From Patescibacteria group bacterium (GTDB lineage: Bacteria > Patescibacteriota > Microgenomatia > UBA1406 > GWC2-37-13): 64,000 nt of DNA. Each line of letters begins with the position of its first letter. Position 1 is the first letter of the stretch. A program made the translations under genes and the position numbers. Shown here piece by piece: positions 50,240 to 62,511 of the stretch. The stretch is from the NCBI GenBank assembly GCA_038061735.1, contig JBBTYO010000011.1:693-64692 (forward strand), read 5' to 3'. The notes under the pieces were generated by a model that ran no database searches, was not told the origin of the DNA, and saw only the letters and a program-made list of their open reading frames with translations.

Positions 50240-50656
50240 TTAAACAGGTCTGGCTTTTCTTCTTTTCATCAGTTTTGAGTCAATGACGGAGCGGCGAATA
50301 ATAGTCATCGCTTCAGCGCGTTCTTTCTCATCGGTTGATTTGGAAAGTATATGTTTGGCTTCTTCAACGGCTTTATCAGTCAAATTTTTATCAATTTCGT
50401 TCTGACCATAAGCGCGGGAAACAAGAACAGTCACCGTTTCCCCATTTGTCTCCAAGTATCCCCCGCCGATTGCCAGATCATCTTCATTATCTCCGGTTTT
50501 TATTTTAACGATCCCTTCAACAAGAAGCGAAAATAAATGAACGTGGTGTGGCAGTATGGTAATTTCGCCGTCGGTAGTTGGCACGGTAACAGAGCTAACC
50601 TGTTTATCGATAACAATTTTACGAGGAGTTATTACTTTAAGACGTATTGTGTTCAT
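50240..50656 (-). CDS. atpC: ATP synthase epsilon subunit
   Basis: VITP, GEITILPHH, GGGYLE. Confidence 0.94.
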   Translation of the reverse strand: MNTIRLKVITPRKIVIDKQVSSVTVPTTDGEITILPHHVHLFSLLVEGIVKIKTGDNEDDLAIGGGYLETNGETVTVLVSRAYGQNEIDKNLTDKAVEEAKHILSKSTDEKERAEAMTIIRRSVIDSKLMKRRKARPV

Positions 50657-50669
50657 ATTGAAAATTTTA

Positions 50670-50696
50670 TAGATCCCCGCCTCCGCGGGGATGACC
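50670..50696 (-). repeat. REP-like singlet, hybrid variant
   Basis: Reverse complement GGTCATCCCCGC-GGAG-GCGGGGATCTA. Confidence 0.88.
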
Positions 50697-50720
50697 GAAT
50701 TTTTATATGAATTATATCGG

Positions 50721-52240
<1,520 letters not shown>

Positions 52241-52289
52241 AACAAAAACATTTTAAATTCGGGTTTGATAAATCAAACCCCTACAACAA

Positions 52290-53132
52290 TTAATTACTTT
52301 CAACGGACTCTTTCGCTGTCACCATATCGAGCAACTCACTGGTAATTTTTTCCTGTCTAATTTTATTTCTAACCATAGTTAGGTTGTAAATTACGTCGGT
52401 TGCATTGTCTGTAGCATTCTTCATCGCCATCATTCTCAGAGAATGTTCTCCGGCTTCACTTTGAATAAGAGCAAATCTTAATTTTTCTTCAACAAAACTT
52501 CGAAGTAATGAATCGATAATTTTTTTAGGCGAAGGCTCGATTAAATACTCGGAATTTTTTTCTTGACCTAACTCCATTTTTATTGGCAAAAGTGTTGTGA
52601 CAACAGGTTCAGAATGAATTGTTGAGACAAATTGATTATGATAAAGATCGATTTTTTTATATGTTCTATCCAAATATTTATTTAAAGCAAACTCAAAAAG
52701 AGCCGAAACATTATTCAGCGGGATATTGGAAGAATAATCAGCCATAATATGGGCAGAAAATTTGCTCAACAGATTAGCTTTTTTACCAACAATTATAAAA
52801 TCGGTATTTTTAAAATCGGTATTTTTTACAATAAAGCGTAGCAAGTTAAAGTTGAAACTACCGCAAAGACCTTTGTTACTTGCTATCACTATGGCCAAGT
52901 TTTTCCTTTCAACTTTATCATCCGACTGACTAATCAAGGGTGAAAGAGATGGATCTATCTTTGGACTAACGGCCCGAATAATTTTTTCAATCTCCGTTTG
53001 ATAAGGACGACCGTCTACGGCTACTTGCTGCGCCTTTTTCATTTTAATAGCCGATACCAACTGCATGGCTTTGGTAATTTTTTTAACATTGGTTACCGAT
53101 TTAATTTTTTTGCGGATTGTCCTGATATTCAT
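52290..53132 (-). CDS. atpG: ATP synthase gamma subunit
   Basis: KITKAMQLV, KGLCGSFN, RMMAMKNATDNA, RQEKITSE. Confidence 0.97.
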   Translation of the reverse strand: MNIRTIRKKIKSVTNVKKITKAMQLVSAIKMKKAQQVAVDGRPYQTEIEKIIRAVSPKIDPSLSPLISQSDDKVERKNLAIVIASNKGLCGSFNFNLLRFIVKNTDFKNTDFIIVGKKANLLSKFSAHIMADYSSNIPLNNVSALFEFALNKYLDRTYKKIDLYHNQFVSTIHSEPVVTTLLPIKMELGQEKNSEYLIEPSPKKIIDSLLRSFVEEKLRFALIQSEAGEHSLRMMAMKNATDNATDVIYNLTMVRNKIRQEKITSELLDMVTAKESVESN

Positions 53133-53172
53133 ATAAAAATTATAATTATTATAAAGATTATAACGCTTAAGC

Positions 53173-54657
53173 CTATAAGCTTTTGATTATCCCCTCCAAA
53201 TCCTTTCCATCTTTTTCATCCATGATCTTATTTTTGTTAATTTTCTCTAACCATTTTTTCCCTTTCTGTTTTAGAGTTTCCAATAACTTTGTTTCGAATT
53301 TTTCAATTTCATCAATTGGTAGTTTATCTAAATATCCGTTACTGGCGGCCCAAAGAATAGATACTTGTTCTGCCAAGCTTAATGGCTTATTTTTCTTTTG
53401 TTTTAATATCTGGGTAACTTTAGCTCCTCTATTTAAGAATTTTTTCGTTTCCTCATCCAATTCGGACTCAAATTGAGAAAAAGCGGCCAGGTCACGATAT
53501 TGAGCCAGGTCAAGCTTTAATTTACCGGCAACGGCTTTCATAGCCTTTGTCTGAGCATTACCACCAACTCTGGATACGGAAAGCCCAACGTTAATAGCTG
53601 GTCTAATTCCTGAATTAAATAGATCGGTTTCCAATGAAATTTGCCCATCGGTAATTGAAATTACGTTTGTGGGAATATAAGCTGACAGATCACCATCCAA
53701 AGTTTCAATTATAGGCAGAGCTGTAATTGATCCACCTCCGTATTTTTTATCAATACGGCAGGCTCGTTCCAATAGACGGGAATGAAGGTAGAAAACGTCT
53801 CCCGGATAAGCCTCTCTTCCTGCTGGCCTACGAAGTATTAAAGACATCTGTCTATAAGCCCACGCATGTTTAGTCAGATCATCATAAACAACTAAAACGT
53901 CTTGGCCTTTATCCATAAAATATTCCCCTATTGCTGAAGCTGTGTATGGAGCCAGATATTGCATGGCGACCGAATCAGCAGCCGGGGCATTAACAACAAT
54001 TGAATATTTATCAGCGCCATTTTTTTTCAAAAGTTCAACAATTGCAGCCACTTTAGAATTTTTTTGCCCAATCGCACAGTAAATACAGACAACATCTTCA
54101 CCCCTTTGATTTAATATGGTATCAATTGCAATTGTAGTTTTACCGGTTCCCCGGTCTCCAATGATCAGCTCTCGCTGTCCCCGACCAATTGGAATCAAAG
54201 CATCAATCGATTTAATTCCTGTCTGAAGAGGAACATTAACCGGTTGTCTTTTAACAACTCCCGCGGCAATTTTTTCAACAGGATAAAGCGTTTTTGATTT
54301 AATAGCGGCTTTTCCGTCAAGGGGCAACCCAAGAGAATCAACGACACGCCCAAGCAAGCTTTCCGAAACGGGAACAGAAAGAGTGTATCCTAAAGCTTTA
54401 GCGCGATCTCCAGCAGCAATGCTAGTATAATCGCCCAAAATTATTGTCCCGACTTCGTCCTCGGTCAGATCAATTACATAACCTAATACATTTTTTTTGA
54501 ATTCAATTAATTCACCGTACGCAACCCGATCTAGGCCTTCCAAAATAACAACCCCGTCTTTTACTTGAGAAACTATTCCGGTTTCCTCGGTCTGAATTTT
54601 AGGGCGATTTTTCAACTCCTTTTCAAGAGTTTTTATGTATTCATCAATCAATTTCAT
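53173..54657 (-). CDS. atpA: ATP synthase alpha subunit
   Basis: [31 protein letters not shown]. Confidence 0.98.
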   Translation of the reverse strand: MKLIDEYIKTLEKELKNRPKIQTEETGIVSQVKDGVVILEGLDRVAYGELIEFKKNVLGYVIDLTEDEVGTIILGDYTSIAAGDRAKALGYTLSVPVSESLLGRVVDSLGLPLDGKAAIKSKTLYPVEKIAAGVVKRQPVNVPLQTGIKSIDALIPIGRGQRELIIGDRGTGKTTIAIDTILNQRGEDVVCIYCAIGQKNSKVAAIVELLKKNGADKYSIVVNAPAADSVAMQYLAPYTASAIGEYFMDKGQDVLVVYDDLTKHAWAYRQMSLILRRPAGREAYPGDVFYLHSRLLERACRIDKKYGGGSITALPIIETLDGDLSAYIPTNVISITDGQISLETDLFNSGIRPAINVGLSVSRVGGNAQTKAMKAVAGKLKLDLAQYRDLAAFSQFESELDEETKKFLNRGAKVTQILKQKKNKPLSLAEQVSILWAASNGYLDKLPIDEIEKFETKLLETLKQKGKKWLEKINKNKIMDEKDGKDLEGIIKSL

Positions 54658-54928
54658 ATAATGTATTAGATAATTTAGATAACGATCCCATAAGGGACAA
54701 ATCGATTGTTTTTGATCCGACTTTAATAATAATTCCGGCGATTATTGATTTATCAACCTGGTAATCTGCCTGACTCCAATTTAAGTCTGAAAATTTTTTC
54801 CCTAAAACCCGTTTTTCGTCGACCCCAAGAACATCGGCACTCATTACAAGTACACGATTCTGTTCTTTCTGGATATTCTCCAGTAAAAAACTTTTTAGAT
54901 CCTTCTTTAGTTTTGGATTAATTCTCAT
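54644..54928 (-). CDS. atpH: ATP synthase delta subunit (short, C-terminal domain)
   Basis: [14 protein letters not shown]...IDLS; between atpF and atpA. Confidence 0.85.
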   Translation of the reverse strand: MRINPKLKKDLKSFLLENIQKEQNRVLVMSADVLGVDEKRVLGKKFSDLNWSQADYQVDKSIIAGIIIKVGSKTIDLSLMGSLSKLSNTLYEID

Positions 54929-55406
54929 AGTTCTTTATTATTGCTCCTGTGACTTTTTTCCTTGCTGATTCGTCCAACGAATCTTTAAGCGTGTTCTCAA
55001 CAATCATCAAGCTTGTCTTAATAATTTTATCTTTGACTTCCCGATATAATAAGCTCTTTTCTTCCTCCAATAACTTTTTATTTTTATCCTTAATTTCGAG
55101 AGCGTCTGCTTCTGCTTGTTTAATTAAATCGGCTCTCATAGTAGCCGCCTCTTTCTTTGCCTCAACAAACAGGACATCAAACTCTTTTTTCATCTTCTCT
55201 TTCATCTTTCTTTCGGCCTCTATTCCGGCTTCCTCACTTTTCTTAAGCTTTTCTAACATGCGATTCTTTTCTTCCTCATTTTTTCTTTCCTGATTCAAAA
55301 AAGATGTAAAAGGTTTAACCATGAACTGTTTGACCAAAATGAAAAACAAAGCAAAGTTAATCATTTGAGCCAACAATAATTTTCCATCTATTCCTAAATT
55401 TTCCAT
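54918..55406 (-). CDS. atpF: ATP synthase b subunit
   Basis: LGID...QMINF TM then coiled coil; ATG at 55406. Confidence 0.92.
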   Translation of the reverse strand: MENLGIDGKLLLAQMINFALFFILVKQFMVKPFTSFLNQERKNEEEKNRMLEKLKKSEEAGIEAERKMKEKMKKEFDVLFVEAKKEAATMRADLIKQAEADALEIKDKNKKLLEEEKSLLYREVKDKIIKTSLMIVENTLKDSLDESARKKVTGAIIKNYEN

Positions 55407-55449
55407 TGAGAAAATATAATTTTTATAATATTTATAATCGTTATAACGA

Positions 55450-55680
<231 letters not shown>

Positions 55681-55744
55681 TTATTCACCTCCCTCAAGGT
55701 TATAATCTTTATAAATATTATAAGGATTATAATTATTATAACTT

Positions 55745-56482
55745 CTAATGGTGTTCCACGATAGCGTTACTTAAAAATACGGCGGTTAGCATTGAAAACA
55801 CAAGCGCCTGGACAAAACCAACAAAAATCTCTAAAGCAATAAAAGGAAAAGAAGCCAAAACGGGAACCAAAAAGGCCACTATCGTCAATAACACTTCTCC
55901 GGCAAAAATATTTCCAAATAAACGAAAGGCAAAAGATAGAACTTTTGAAAACTCTGAAAGTATGTCTAAAATCCCAACAAAAAACATGATTGGATCGGAA
56001 AAATTAAAAAATTTATGGAGATATTTTTTAACTCCTAAATATTTAATTGAGAAATATTGGATGGAAAAAACAGAAATAATAGCTAAGGCTATCGTTGTGT
56101 TTAAATCAGCCGTATTGGCTCTTAAAAGCGGTACTAATATTTCTTCATGGCCTTCTTTAACTTTGATTAAAAGACTGCCGACTCCTGGCAACAATCCAAA
56201 CCAGTTTTCCAAAAGAATATAAAAGAAAAAGGCAAAAAGTATAGGAAAAAATACAGTAGTTTTTTCTCCAAGAACGGAAAAAAACAGATCATAGATACTC
56301 TTAACGAAAAATTTAATTAAATAATAGAAATTTTCTTTTTTTTTGAGAGTTGATTGGTGTTTGAAATAGAGAGCGATGAAGATTGTTAGTAGGAAGACGA
56401 TTGCCGATGCAATCATTGAGTTAGTGATAGAATACCCGAATAGATGAAAAATTATTTCGGCTTTAATGCTGATTTTTGGCAT
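55745..56482 (-). CDS. atpB: ATP synthase a subunit
   Basis: NWFGLLPG, SFAFRLFGNIFAGE, QALVF. Confidence 0.96.
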   Translation of the reverse strand: MPKISIKAEIIFHLFGYSITNSMIASAIVFLLTIFIALYFKHQSTLKKKENFYYLIKFFVKSIYDLFFSVLGEKTTVFFPILFAFFFYILLENWFGLLPGVGSLLIKVKEGHEEILVPLLRANTADLNTTIALAIISVFSIQYFSIKYLGVKKYLHKFFNFSDPIMFFVGILDILSEFSKVLSFAFRLFGNIFAGEVLLTIVAFLVPVLASFPFIALEIFVGFVQALVFSMLTAVFLSNAIVEHH

Positions 56483-56483
56483 C

Positions 56484-56753
56484 TTATTTAGTCATTTTAA
56501 ACAAATTGTAAATACTGCTTATCATTCCAAAAAAAATAAAAAAAACCGTAAAATATGGCTTAGAGTGAAACTTGTTGTCCAAAACTAAACCAACAATCAC
56601 ACCTATTAATATTGGAGTAACTAAACTATAACCAACATTAATATTTAAATATTGCGAAAAAAAATCTTTCTTAATCTTTGGTTTCTTATTAAATTCTCTA
56701 GCCGTTTTTTTTAAATTTCCTTGTTTATCAATTTCAAAGTAATTATTTATCAT
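56484..56753 (-). CDS. AtpZ/AtpI family protein
   Basis: Two TM helices, GLVLD..F...P; first gene of the atp operon; start uncertain. Confidence 0.8.
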   Translation of the reverse strand: MINNYFEIDKQGNLKKTAREFNKKPKIKKDFFSQYLNINVGYSLVTPILIGVIVGLVLDNKFHSKPYFTVFFIFFGMISSIYNLFKMTK

Positions 56754-56813
56754 TGTATCAGGCGTGACATAATTCGTCAATGGTTAATTTCTAATTTTAT
56801 ATTATATATTATT

Positions 56814-56909
56814 TGTCATCCCCTTGAAGAAGGGGATCCAGTCTATAATTACATTTTTAAAACAAATAAGGTGATTTTAGTCTAGATTCCCGCCTGCGCG
56901 GGAATGACA
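56814..56909. repeat. REP-like inverted doublet (empty element)
   Basis: TGTCATCCCCTTGAAGAAGGGGATCCA (56814-56840) and TAGATTCCCGCCTGCGCGGGAATGACA (56883-56909). Confidence 0.95.
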
Positions 56910-56916
56910 AAACAAT

Positions 56917-56960
56917 AAGGGATTCTCTTTATAAGGTCCGTCCTTATAAGGACGGACCTT
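56917..56960. repeat. Triple AAGG-N5-CCTT palindrome unit
   Basis: AAGGGATTCTCTTT-AT-AAGGTCCGTCCTT-AT-AAGGACGGACCTT; the last 28 bp are a perfect palindrome. Confidence 0.8.
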
Positions 56961-56962
56961 AA

Positions 56963-59900
56963 TTAATTTTGATTCACTTTCTCCAAATCAACTGCGTTTT
57001 CGAGGATGATTCCGATTCGGCCTTCGCGCTCGTTGACTTTTCCCTTAAGCATAATAATTTTATTAATGTTTAAGAAAGACTTCAGAATAGTATAACTTCG
57101 CGGAAAAACGACAACTTCAATCGTGCCGCTTTCATCAAATATTTGAAGAATTGCCATTTCTTCATTATTTTTCTTAGTTTTAACAATTTTTTTCCCACTG
57201 ATAAGTCCAGCCAAAATTAAAGATTTATTAGCATCCTGTATGGTCACCTCACCAATTTTTTTAGTAGTTTTTTTTTCAATAATGGCTTTAAATTTTGCCA
57301 TCGGATTTTTTCCGATTAAAAATCCAATTACTTCCCGCTCCATTGTAAATAAGACATCCTCTTCATATTCAGGAACAGTTTTAAAATTATCAGCTATCTT
57401 TTCTTCGGCCGATGTTGCAAAAAGATCATATTGACCTTTTTCGGATTTTATTTTTGCTCTTTGTACATCGGCTACAATAAGTGGAAAATTAAACATTAGG
57501 GTAGCTTTATTACCAAAATTAGAAAATCCTCCGGATTTAATAAGGCTTTCAACAGTTCTTTTATTAACTCGTCGGAGATCAACTCTGGATAAAAAGTCTT
57601 TTAACCCGTGAAAAGTTCCTTTTGCCCTTTCTTCCAATATAGAATCAATCGCAGCCGTACCGACATTTTTCAAAGCCGAGAGTCCAAAACGAATTTCCGG
57701 TCCTTCAATTGAAAAACTATAGATTGATTTATTAATATCCGGAGGCAAGACTTTTATTTCCATCCGTCGACATTCCTCAATGGCCTGGGACATTTTAATT
57801 TCTCGCTGTGGGCCAGCTACTCCATGAAGTTCCGCCGTTAAAAGAGCGGTCATGTATTCAACCGGATAATTAGCTTTAATGTAAGCAGTCCAATAAGCAA
57901 TCAAACCATAGGAGGCTGAATGGGGTTTATTAAATCCATAAGCAGCAAATTTTTCCATGAAATTCCAAACTTTTTCAATCATGGAGGTTTTGTAGCCATT
58001 CTTTTCACAACCTTTGAAAAATTTGACTTTATCTTTTTTCATTAATTCTTTTTTCTTTTTCCCCATTGCCATTCGAAGATTGTCTGCTTCGCTCATTGTA
58101 AATCCAGCCAGTTTATTGGCAATTTCCATCACCTGTTCTTGGTAAACCAAGACTCCGTAAGTTTCTTCCAATACCGATTTAAGATCAGGATGAGGATATT
58201 TTATTTTTTTGGCATTGGTCTTTCCTTCTAAGAAGGCCGGAATAAGATCCATTGGTCCCGGCCGGTAAAGCGCCACCATAGCCGAAATATCTGATAATTT
58301 ATTTGGTTTTAATTCTTTAGCCAAATGTTTCATTCCACCGGATTCAAGCTGAAAGACGCCAATAGTATCGCCTCTTGAAATTAATTCGTATGTTTTTTTA
58401 TCATCGACCGGGACATGATGGATATCAATTTTGATTCCGGAATTCTTTTCCACATATTTTAAAGCTTCTTCGATAATTGTTAGGTTTCGAAGTCCCAAAA
58501 AATCAACTTTGAGAAGACCAACTGCCTTTTGATTTGACACGGCATTTAGATCAATACAGTACATATCATATTGGGTGATAATTTTTCCTTCTTTATTGTC
58601 TCTTTGAAGGGGAACATATTCGGATAAATTTTTATCAGAAATGACGACGCCGGCAGCATGGACGGAAGAGTGGCGCGGTAAACCTTCAAGCCGGCGGGCG
58701 ACGTCCAAAATCTTTTTTGTTTCCGGTTCGGTTTGATATGCAAATTTTAATTGAGCTGATTCCTCCAGGGCTTGGGCAATCGTCATATTAAATCCCTGTT
58801 TTCCAAAAGGAATCATCTTTGCCAGTCGATCGCCCGTAGAATAGGACATACCAAGTGCTCTAGCAACATCACGAACAGAAAGCCTGGCTTCCATTTTTCC
58901 AAAGGTAATAATTTGGGCAACTTTATCTTCTCCGTATTTATTTGTGACATATTTCAAGACCTCGTCGCGCCTGATATCCGCAAAATCAATATCAATATCA
59001 GGAGGCGTGGGACGGTCCGGATTTAAAAATCGTTCAAACGGTAAATTGTGATCGATCGGATTAATGTCAGTAATCCCAAGAATATAGGCAACTAATGATC
59101 CGGCGACGGACCCTCTCCCCGGCCCAACGGCTATTCCCTGATTTTTAGCCCAGTTAACGAAATCCTGAACGATTAAAAAATAAGTTGAGTAACCTTTATT
59201 GTTAATGATATTTAATTCATACTGAACTCTTTTATTAACTAAATCCTGAGAATATGAAGCCACTCGTTTTTTTCTGTCCTCAACCAGTTGGTTCAAATAC
59301 TGTGCCACAGGTATATTTTTAGGAGTTTCAAATTTAGGTAAAATCCATTTACCATTGGGAATTTCGACATTACATTTTTCGACAATCCTAACCGTATTTT
59401 CAATAGCTTCGGGCAAATCGATAAAACTACCCTTCATTTCGGCGGTTGACTTAAAATAATAGTCGGGAACATTGATCATCGACATCGGGCGATTTTTTTC
59501 AACCATGGTTCTTTGAGTTTGGATGCAGAGAAGAACTTCCTGAGCGTAAGCGTCCTCTTTTTCCAAATAATGGACATCGTTGGTAGCAACTAATGGGACG
59601 CCAAACTTTCTTGAAAGTCTAATTAATTCTTTATTAACCCGATCGAGTTCTTCTATTCCGTGATGTCTTTGAATTTCTAAATAAAAATCATCTTTAAAAA
59701 TATCTAAGTATTTTTGTAAAATTATTTCTGCTTGCTTTGTTTGGTTTTCTAAAATTAGTGCTGGGATTTCTCCGTTTAAACAGGCTGATAAAGCAATGAT
59801 TCCCTCGTGATATTTTTCCAAAACCTCAAAATCGATACGGGGTTTGTAATAAAATCCTTCAAGAAAGGCATTGGTGACAATTTTCAGAAGATTTTGATAG

Positions 59901-60190
59901 CCGGTTAAATTTTTGGCAAGTAAAACAAGATGATATTGGTCTCGGTCAACGCCGGCTTTTTTATCCAAACGAGAATTTTTTGCTTTATAAGTTTCAACCC
60001 CAATAATTGGTTTAATCCCCTTTTCTTGAGCTTTGACAAAAAATTTAAAAGCGCCATACAAGGCTCCGTGATCAGTGATCGCGACCGCCGGCATTTTTTC
60101 GGCAATTGCCTTGTCAATAAGATCATCAATCCGGCACATGCCGTCGAGAAGAGAGTAACCGGTGTGGACGTGTAAATGTACAAAAGACAT
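56963..60190 (-). CDS. dnaE: DNA polymerase III alpha subunit
   Basis: FVHLHVH PHP domain, GPGRGS, PDIDID, KVDFLGL, YGFNKPH. Confidence 0.98.
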   Translation of the reverse strand: MSFVHLHVHTGYSLLDGMCRIDDLIDKAIAEKMPAVAITDHGALYGAFKFFVKAQEKGIKPIIGVETYKAKNSRLDKKAGVDRDQYHLVLLAKNLTGYQNLLKIVTNAFLEGFYYKPRIDFEVLEKYHEGIIALSACLNGEIPALILENQTKQAEIILQKYLDIFKDDFYLEIQRHHGIEELDRVNKELIRLSRKFGVPLVATNDVHYLEKEDAYAQEVLLCIQTQRTMVEKNRPMSMINVPDYYFKSTAEMKGSFIDLPEAIENTVRIVEKCNVEIPNGKWILPKFETPKNIPVAQYLNQLVEDRKKRVASYSQDLVNKRVQYELNIINNKGYSTYFLIVQDFVNWAKNQGIAVGPGRGSVAGSLVAYILGITDINPIDHNLPFERFLNPDRPTPPDIDIDFADIRRDEVLKYVTNKYGEDKVAQIITFGKMEARLSVRDVARALGMSYSTGDRLAKMIPFGKQGFNMTIAQALEESAQLKFAYQTEPETKKILDVARRLEGLPRHSSVHAAGVVISDKNLSEYVPLQRDNKEGKIITQYDMYCIDLNAVSNQKAVGLLKVDFLGLRNLTIIEEALKYVEKNSGIKIDIHHVPVDDKKTYELISRGDTIGVFQLESGGMKHLAKELKPNKLSDISAMVALYRPGPMDLIPAFLEGKTNAKKIKYPHPDLKSVLEETYGVLVYQEQVMEIANKLAGFTMSEADNLRMAMGKKKKELMKKDKVKFFKGCEKNGYKTSMIEKVWNFMEKFAAYGFNKPHSASYGLIAYWTAYIKANYPVEYMTALLTAELHGVAGPQREIKMSQAIEECRRMEIKVLPPDINKSIYSFSIEGPEIRFGLSALKNVGTAAIDSILEERAKGTFHGLKDFLSRVDLRRVNKRTVESLIKSGGFSNFGNKATLMFNFPLIVADVQRAKIKSEKGQYDLFATSAEEKIADNFKTVPEYEEDVLFTMEREVIGFLIGKNPMAKFKAIIEKKTTKKIGEVTIQDANKSLILAGLISGKKIVKTKKNNEEMAILQIFDESGTIEVVVFPRSYTILKSFLNINKIIMLKGKVNEREGRIGIILENAVDLEKVNQN

Positions 60191-60231
60191 AAGGTTATAA
60201 ACAGTTAAACGGTTAAAACTTAAAAGTGACT

Positions 60232-60319
60232 TGTCATCCCCGTGAAGACGGGGATCCAGACTATTAATACATTTTAAAATGTGATTTTAGCTTGGATTCC
60301 CGCCTACGCGGGAATGACA
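60232..60319. repeat. REP-like inverted doublet (empty element)
   Basis: Arms 60232-60258 and 60293-60319, both identical to the GIY-YIG element arms. Confidence 0.96.
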
Positions 60320-60332
60320 CAATTATTAGATA

Positions 60333-61082
60333 TTATAATTTATTAATTACCCAACTTCTGGCCTTTTCTTCCCACTGATTATCTATCTTTTTTAAGGGTC
60401 GATTACGCTCGGCCCCTATGTTACGATATTTCCGTTCCAATGCTTTTTCAATTAAATAATCGGCGATCTCGGGATTTTTTGGAAGGATCGGACCGTGTAA
60501 ATAAGTGCCGAAACTATTTTTATAAAAAATTCCTTCGGTTTTATCCTCTCCATTATTTCCGTAACCGTAAACAACAGTTGCGAAAGCTAATTTTTTATCA
60601 GCTAAATATGTTCTACCTCCGTGATTCTCAAATCCAACCAACTTAATTTCCGGAAAAAGCTTTGATTCAATGACAATGTTACCAATACAACGGGGAACGT
60701 TCAATCCAGGACTTTCGGTGTATAAATCAAACACACCTAAACCATCAATCATGGTTCCATCGGCGGTTTTATAATATTTTCCCAAAAACTGATAGGCGCC
60801 ACAGACATATAATCCCGGGACTCCGTCGTTAATTGCTTTTTTCAAAAACGACCCTTTATTTTTTAGGTCCAAGTTAACAATTTCTTGTTGTTTATCTTGT
60901 GCTCCGCCCATAAAGAGTATATCCATTGTTAAAATCAAATCCGCTGGTTCGTTGACAGAAATTTTATTCACAATCGATTTAATCCCCATTTTTTCCAAGC
61001 GGTAGCTCAGAGCGATGATGTTTCCTCGGTCGCCGTATGTGTTCATTAGATCAGGATAAAGCCAGCCAATATTTATTGTCAT
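60333..61082 (-). CDS. gatD: GatD/CobQ-like glutamine amidotransferase
   Basis: LYPDLMNTYGDRGN, CGAYQ, GFENHGG, YLHGP; paired with murT. Confidence 0.9.
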   Translation of the reverse strand: MTINIGWLYPDLMNTYGDRGNIIALSYRLEKMGIKSIVNKISVNEPADLILTMDILFMGGAQDKQQEIVNLDLKNKGSFLKKAINDGVPGLYVCGAYQFLGKYYKTADGTMIDGLGVFDLYTESPGLNVPRCIGNIVIESKLFPEIKLVGFENHGGRTYLADKKLAFATVVYGYGNNGEDKTEGIFYKNSFGTYLHGPILPKNPEIADYLIEKALERKYRNIGAERNRPLKKIDNQWEEKARSWVINKL

Positions 61083-62401
61083 AATAATTTTCTACCTAAT
61101 AATATTTTCCTCACCTCCAACATGGCCGAATAGGTTGGTAAGATAAATATTCTTTCACCAACTTTTATTTCTTCAACAATTTTTTCGATTGCATCATTTA
61201 ATTTTTCATAGACGTTAATAGTATTTTTATAACCTTCGTATTTCAGTCTTAAATTTAGATCATAAACACGATCACCGGAAACATAGACATTATTTGCAAC
61301 ATCAAAAATTGGTTGGAAATCAACGTCCCAGATCCAGGAAACATCTAGTCCATCGGGAATTCTGTTGTTAAGAATAATCAAAAAATTAGATTTCTTGTTC
61401 TTTGTCATTTCAGAAACTGTTTGAATTGACTGATTAAAACCGGCCGGATTTTTGGAAAGAAGAATAAATATTTTTCGTTTTTTATAAATAAACTCTTCCT
61501 GGCGGCCAAAAGCTGGAGAAAATTCGGAAAGCCATTTGTTCTGGATTCCCGCCTCCGCGGGAATGACATTGAGTGATTCCAGAAGTAATAAAATCGCATT
61601 TGTATTATATACATTATATAGCCCGCTCATTGGATAGTTAATTTTTATATTTGAAAAATCAGAGACCAATTTTCCAAATCTCTTAAAATCGCACTTCGAG
61701 CAATAGAAATCACCCAGATGGGCGTAAGAAAGTCGATGATATTTCAACATTGATAAACAGACAGGACAGTAAATTGAATCAACATCGTTGGGAATATCTT
61801 TTAGTTTCATTAATTTTTTTTCAATTCCAAAATACTGAACTTTTTGGGATAATTTGGTACCGATGTAATAAAGTTGCGGATCGTCGCCATTTACAAAAAC
61901 TTCCGTTTTGTAGGATAAAGTTTTTAAAGACTCCAGCCACCTCAAAACAATAGTATTAACTTCTCCATAACGATCAAGTTGATCCCGGAATAGATTCAAA
62001 ATTAAGACTTTATCGGGGGAAATTTTATTTAAAAGCAGAGGTAGGTTTAATTCATCGCTTTCAAAAATTGCAAAATCAAATTTTAATTTGGAAAAGATAG
62101 AGCTGTTTTTAATAATTGATGATGCTACGCCGTTTAATAAATTAGCCCCCTCGTTATTAGTAAAAACTTTTTTTCCGGATTTTTCCAAAAGAAATTTTAA
62201 TAGTGCGGTTGAAGTGGTTTTTCCATTAGTCCCGGCAATAACAATAATTTTTAGATTTTTATTTTCATCAATAACGTTCTCAATAAATTTATAATTAAGA
62301 ATTAATGCAATATGCCCCGGCCAAGTAGAACCAGAACCAAGGTTAAAAAGTTGGCTTATTTTTATTATTAGCTTACCTAAAATAATAAGAAATATATTCA
62401 T
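61079..62401 (-). CDS. murT: MurT lipid II isoglutaminyl synthase (Mur ligase + DUF1727)
   Basis: GTNGKTT, NLFRDQLDRYGE, CPVC/CSKC, KNPAG, DVSWIWD, PTYSAM. Confidence 0.9.
   Translation of the reverse strand: MNIFLIILGKLIIKISQLFNLGSGSTWPGHIALILNYKFIENVIDENKNLKIIVIAGTNGKTTSTALLKFLLEKSGKKVFTNNEGANLLNGVASSIIKNSSIFSKLKFDFAIFESDELNLPLLLNKISPDKVLILNLFRDQLDRYGEVNTIVLRWLESLKTLSYKTEVFVNGDDPQLYYIGTKLSQKVQYFGIEKKLMKLKDIPNDVDSIYCPVCLSMLKYHRLSYAHLGDFYCSKCDFKRFGKLVSDFSNIKINYPMSGLYNVYNTNAILLLLESLNVIPAEAGIQNKWLSEFSPAFGRQEEFIYKKRKIFILLSKNPAGFNQSIQTVSEMTKNKKSNFLIILNNRIPDGLDVSWIWDVDFQPIFDVANNVYVSGDRVYDLNLRLKYEGYKNTINVYEKLNDAIEKIVEEIKVGERIFILPTYSAMLEVRKILLGRKLL
61542..61568 (-). repeat. REP-like singlet, in frame in murT
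   Basis: TGGATTCCCGCCTCCGCGGGAATGACA; read in murT as VIPAEAGIQ. Confidence 0.95.
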
Positions 62402-62411
62402 GTTTTGGTTT

Positions 62412-62506
62412 TGTCATCCCCTTGAAGAAGGGGATCCAGTCGATAATTACATTATAAAACAATTAAAGTAATTTTAGCTTGGATTCCCGCCTTCGCGGGA
62501 ATGACA
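62412..62506. repeat. REP-like inverted doublet (empty element)
   Basis: Arms 62412-62438 and 62480-62506, filling most of the htpX-murT spacer. Confidence 0.95.
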
Positions 62507-62511
62507 AGACA

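Noticed and set aside
56963-60190. Possible inteins in dnaE, gyrA or gyrB
   Set aside because: Lengths are normal and no intein splice or LAGLIDADG motifs are visible.
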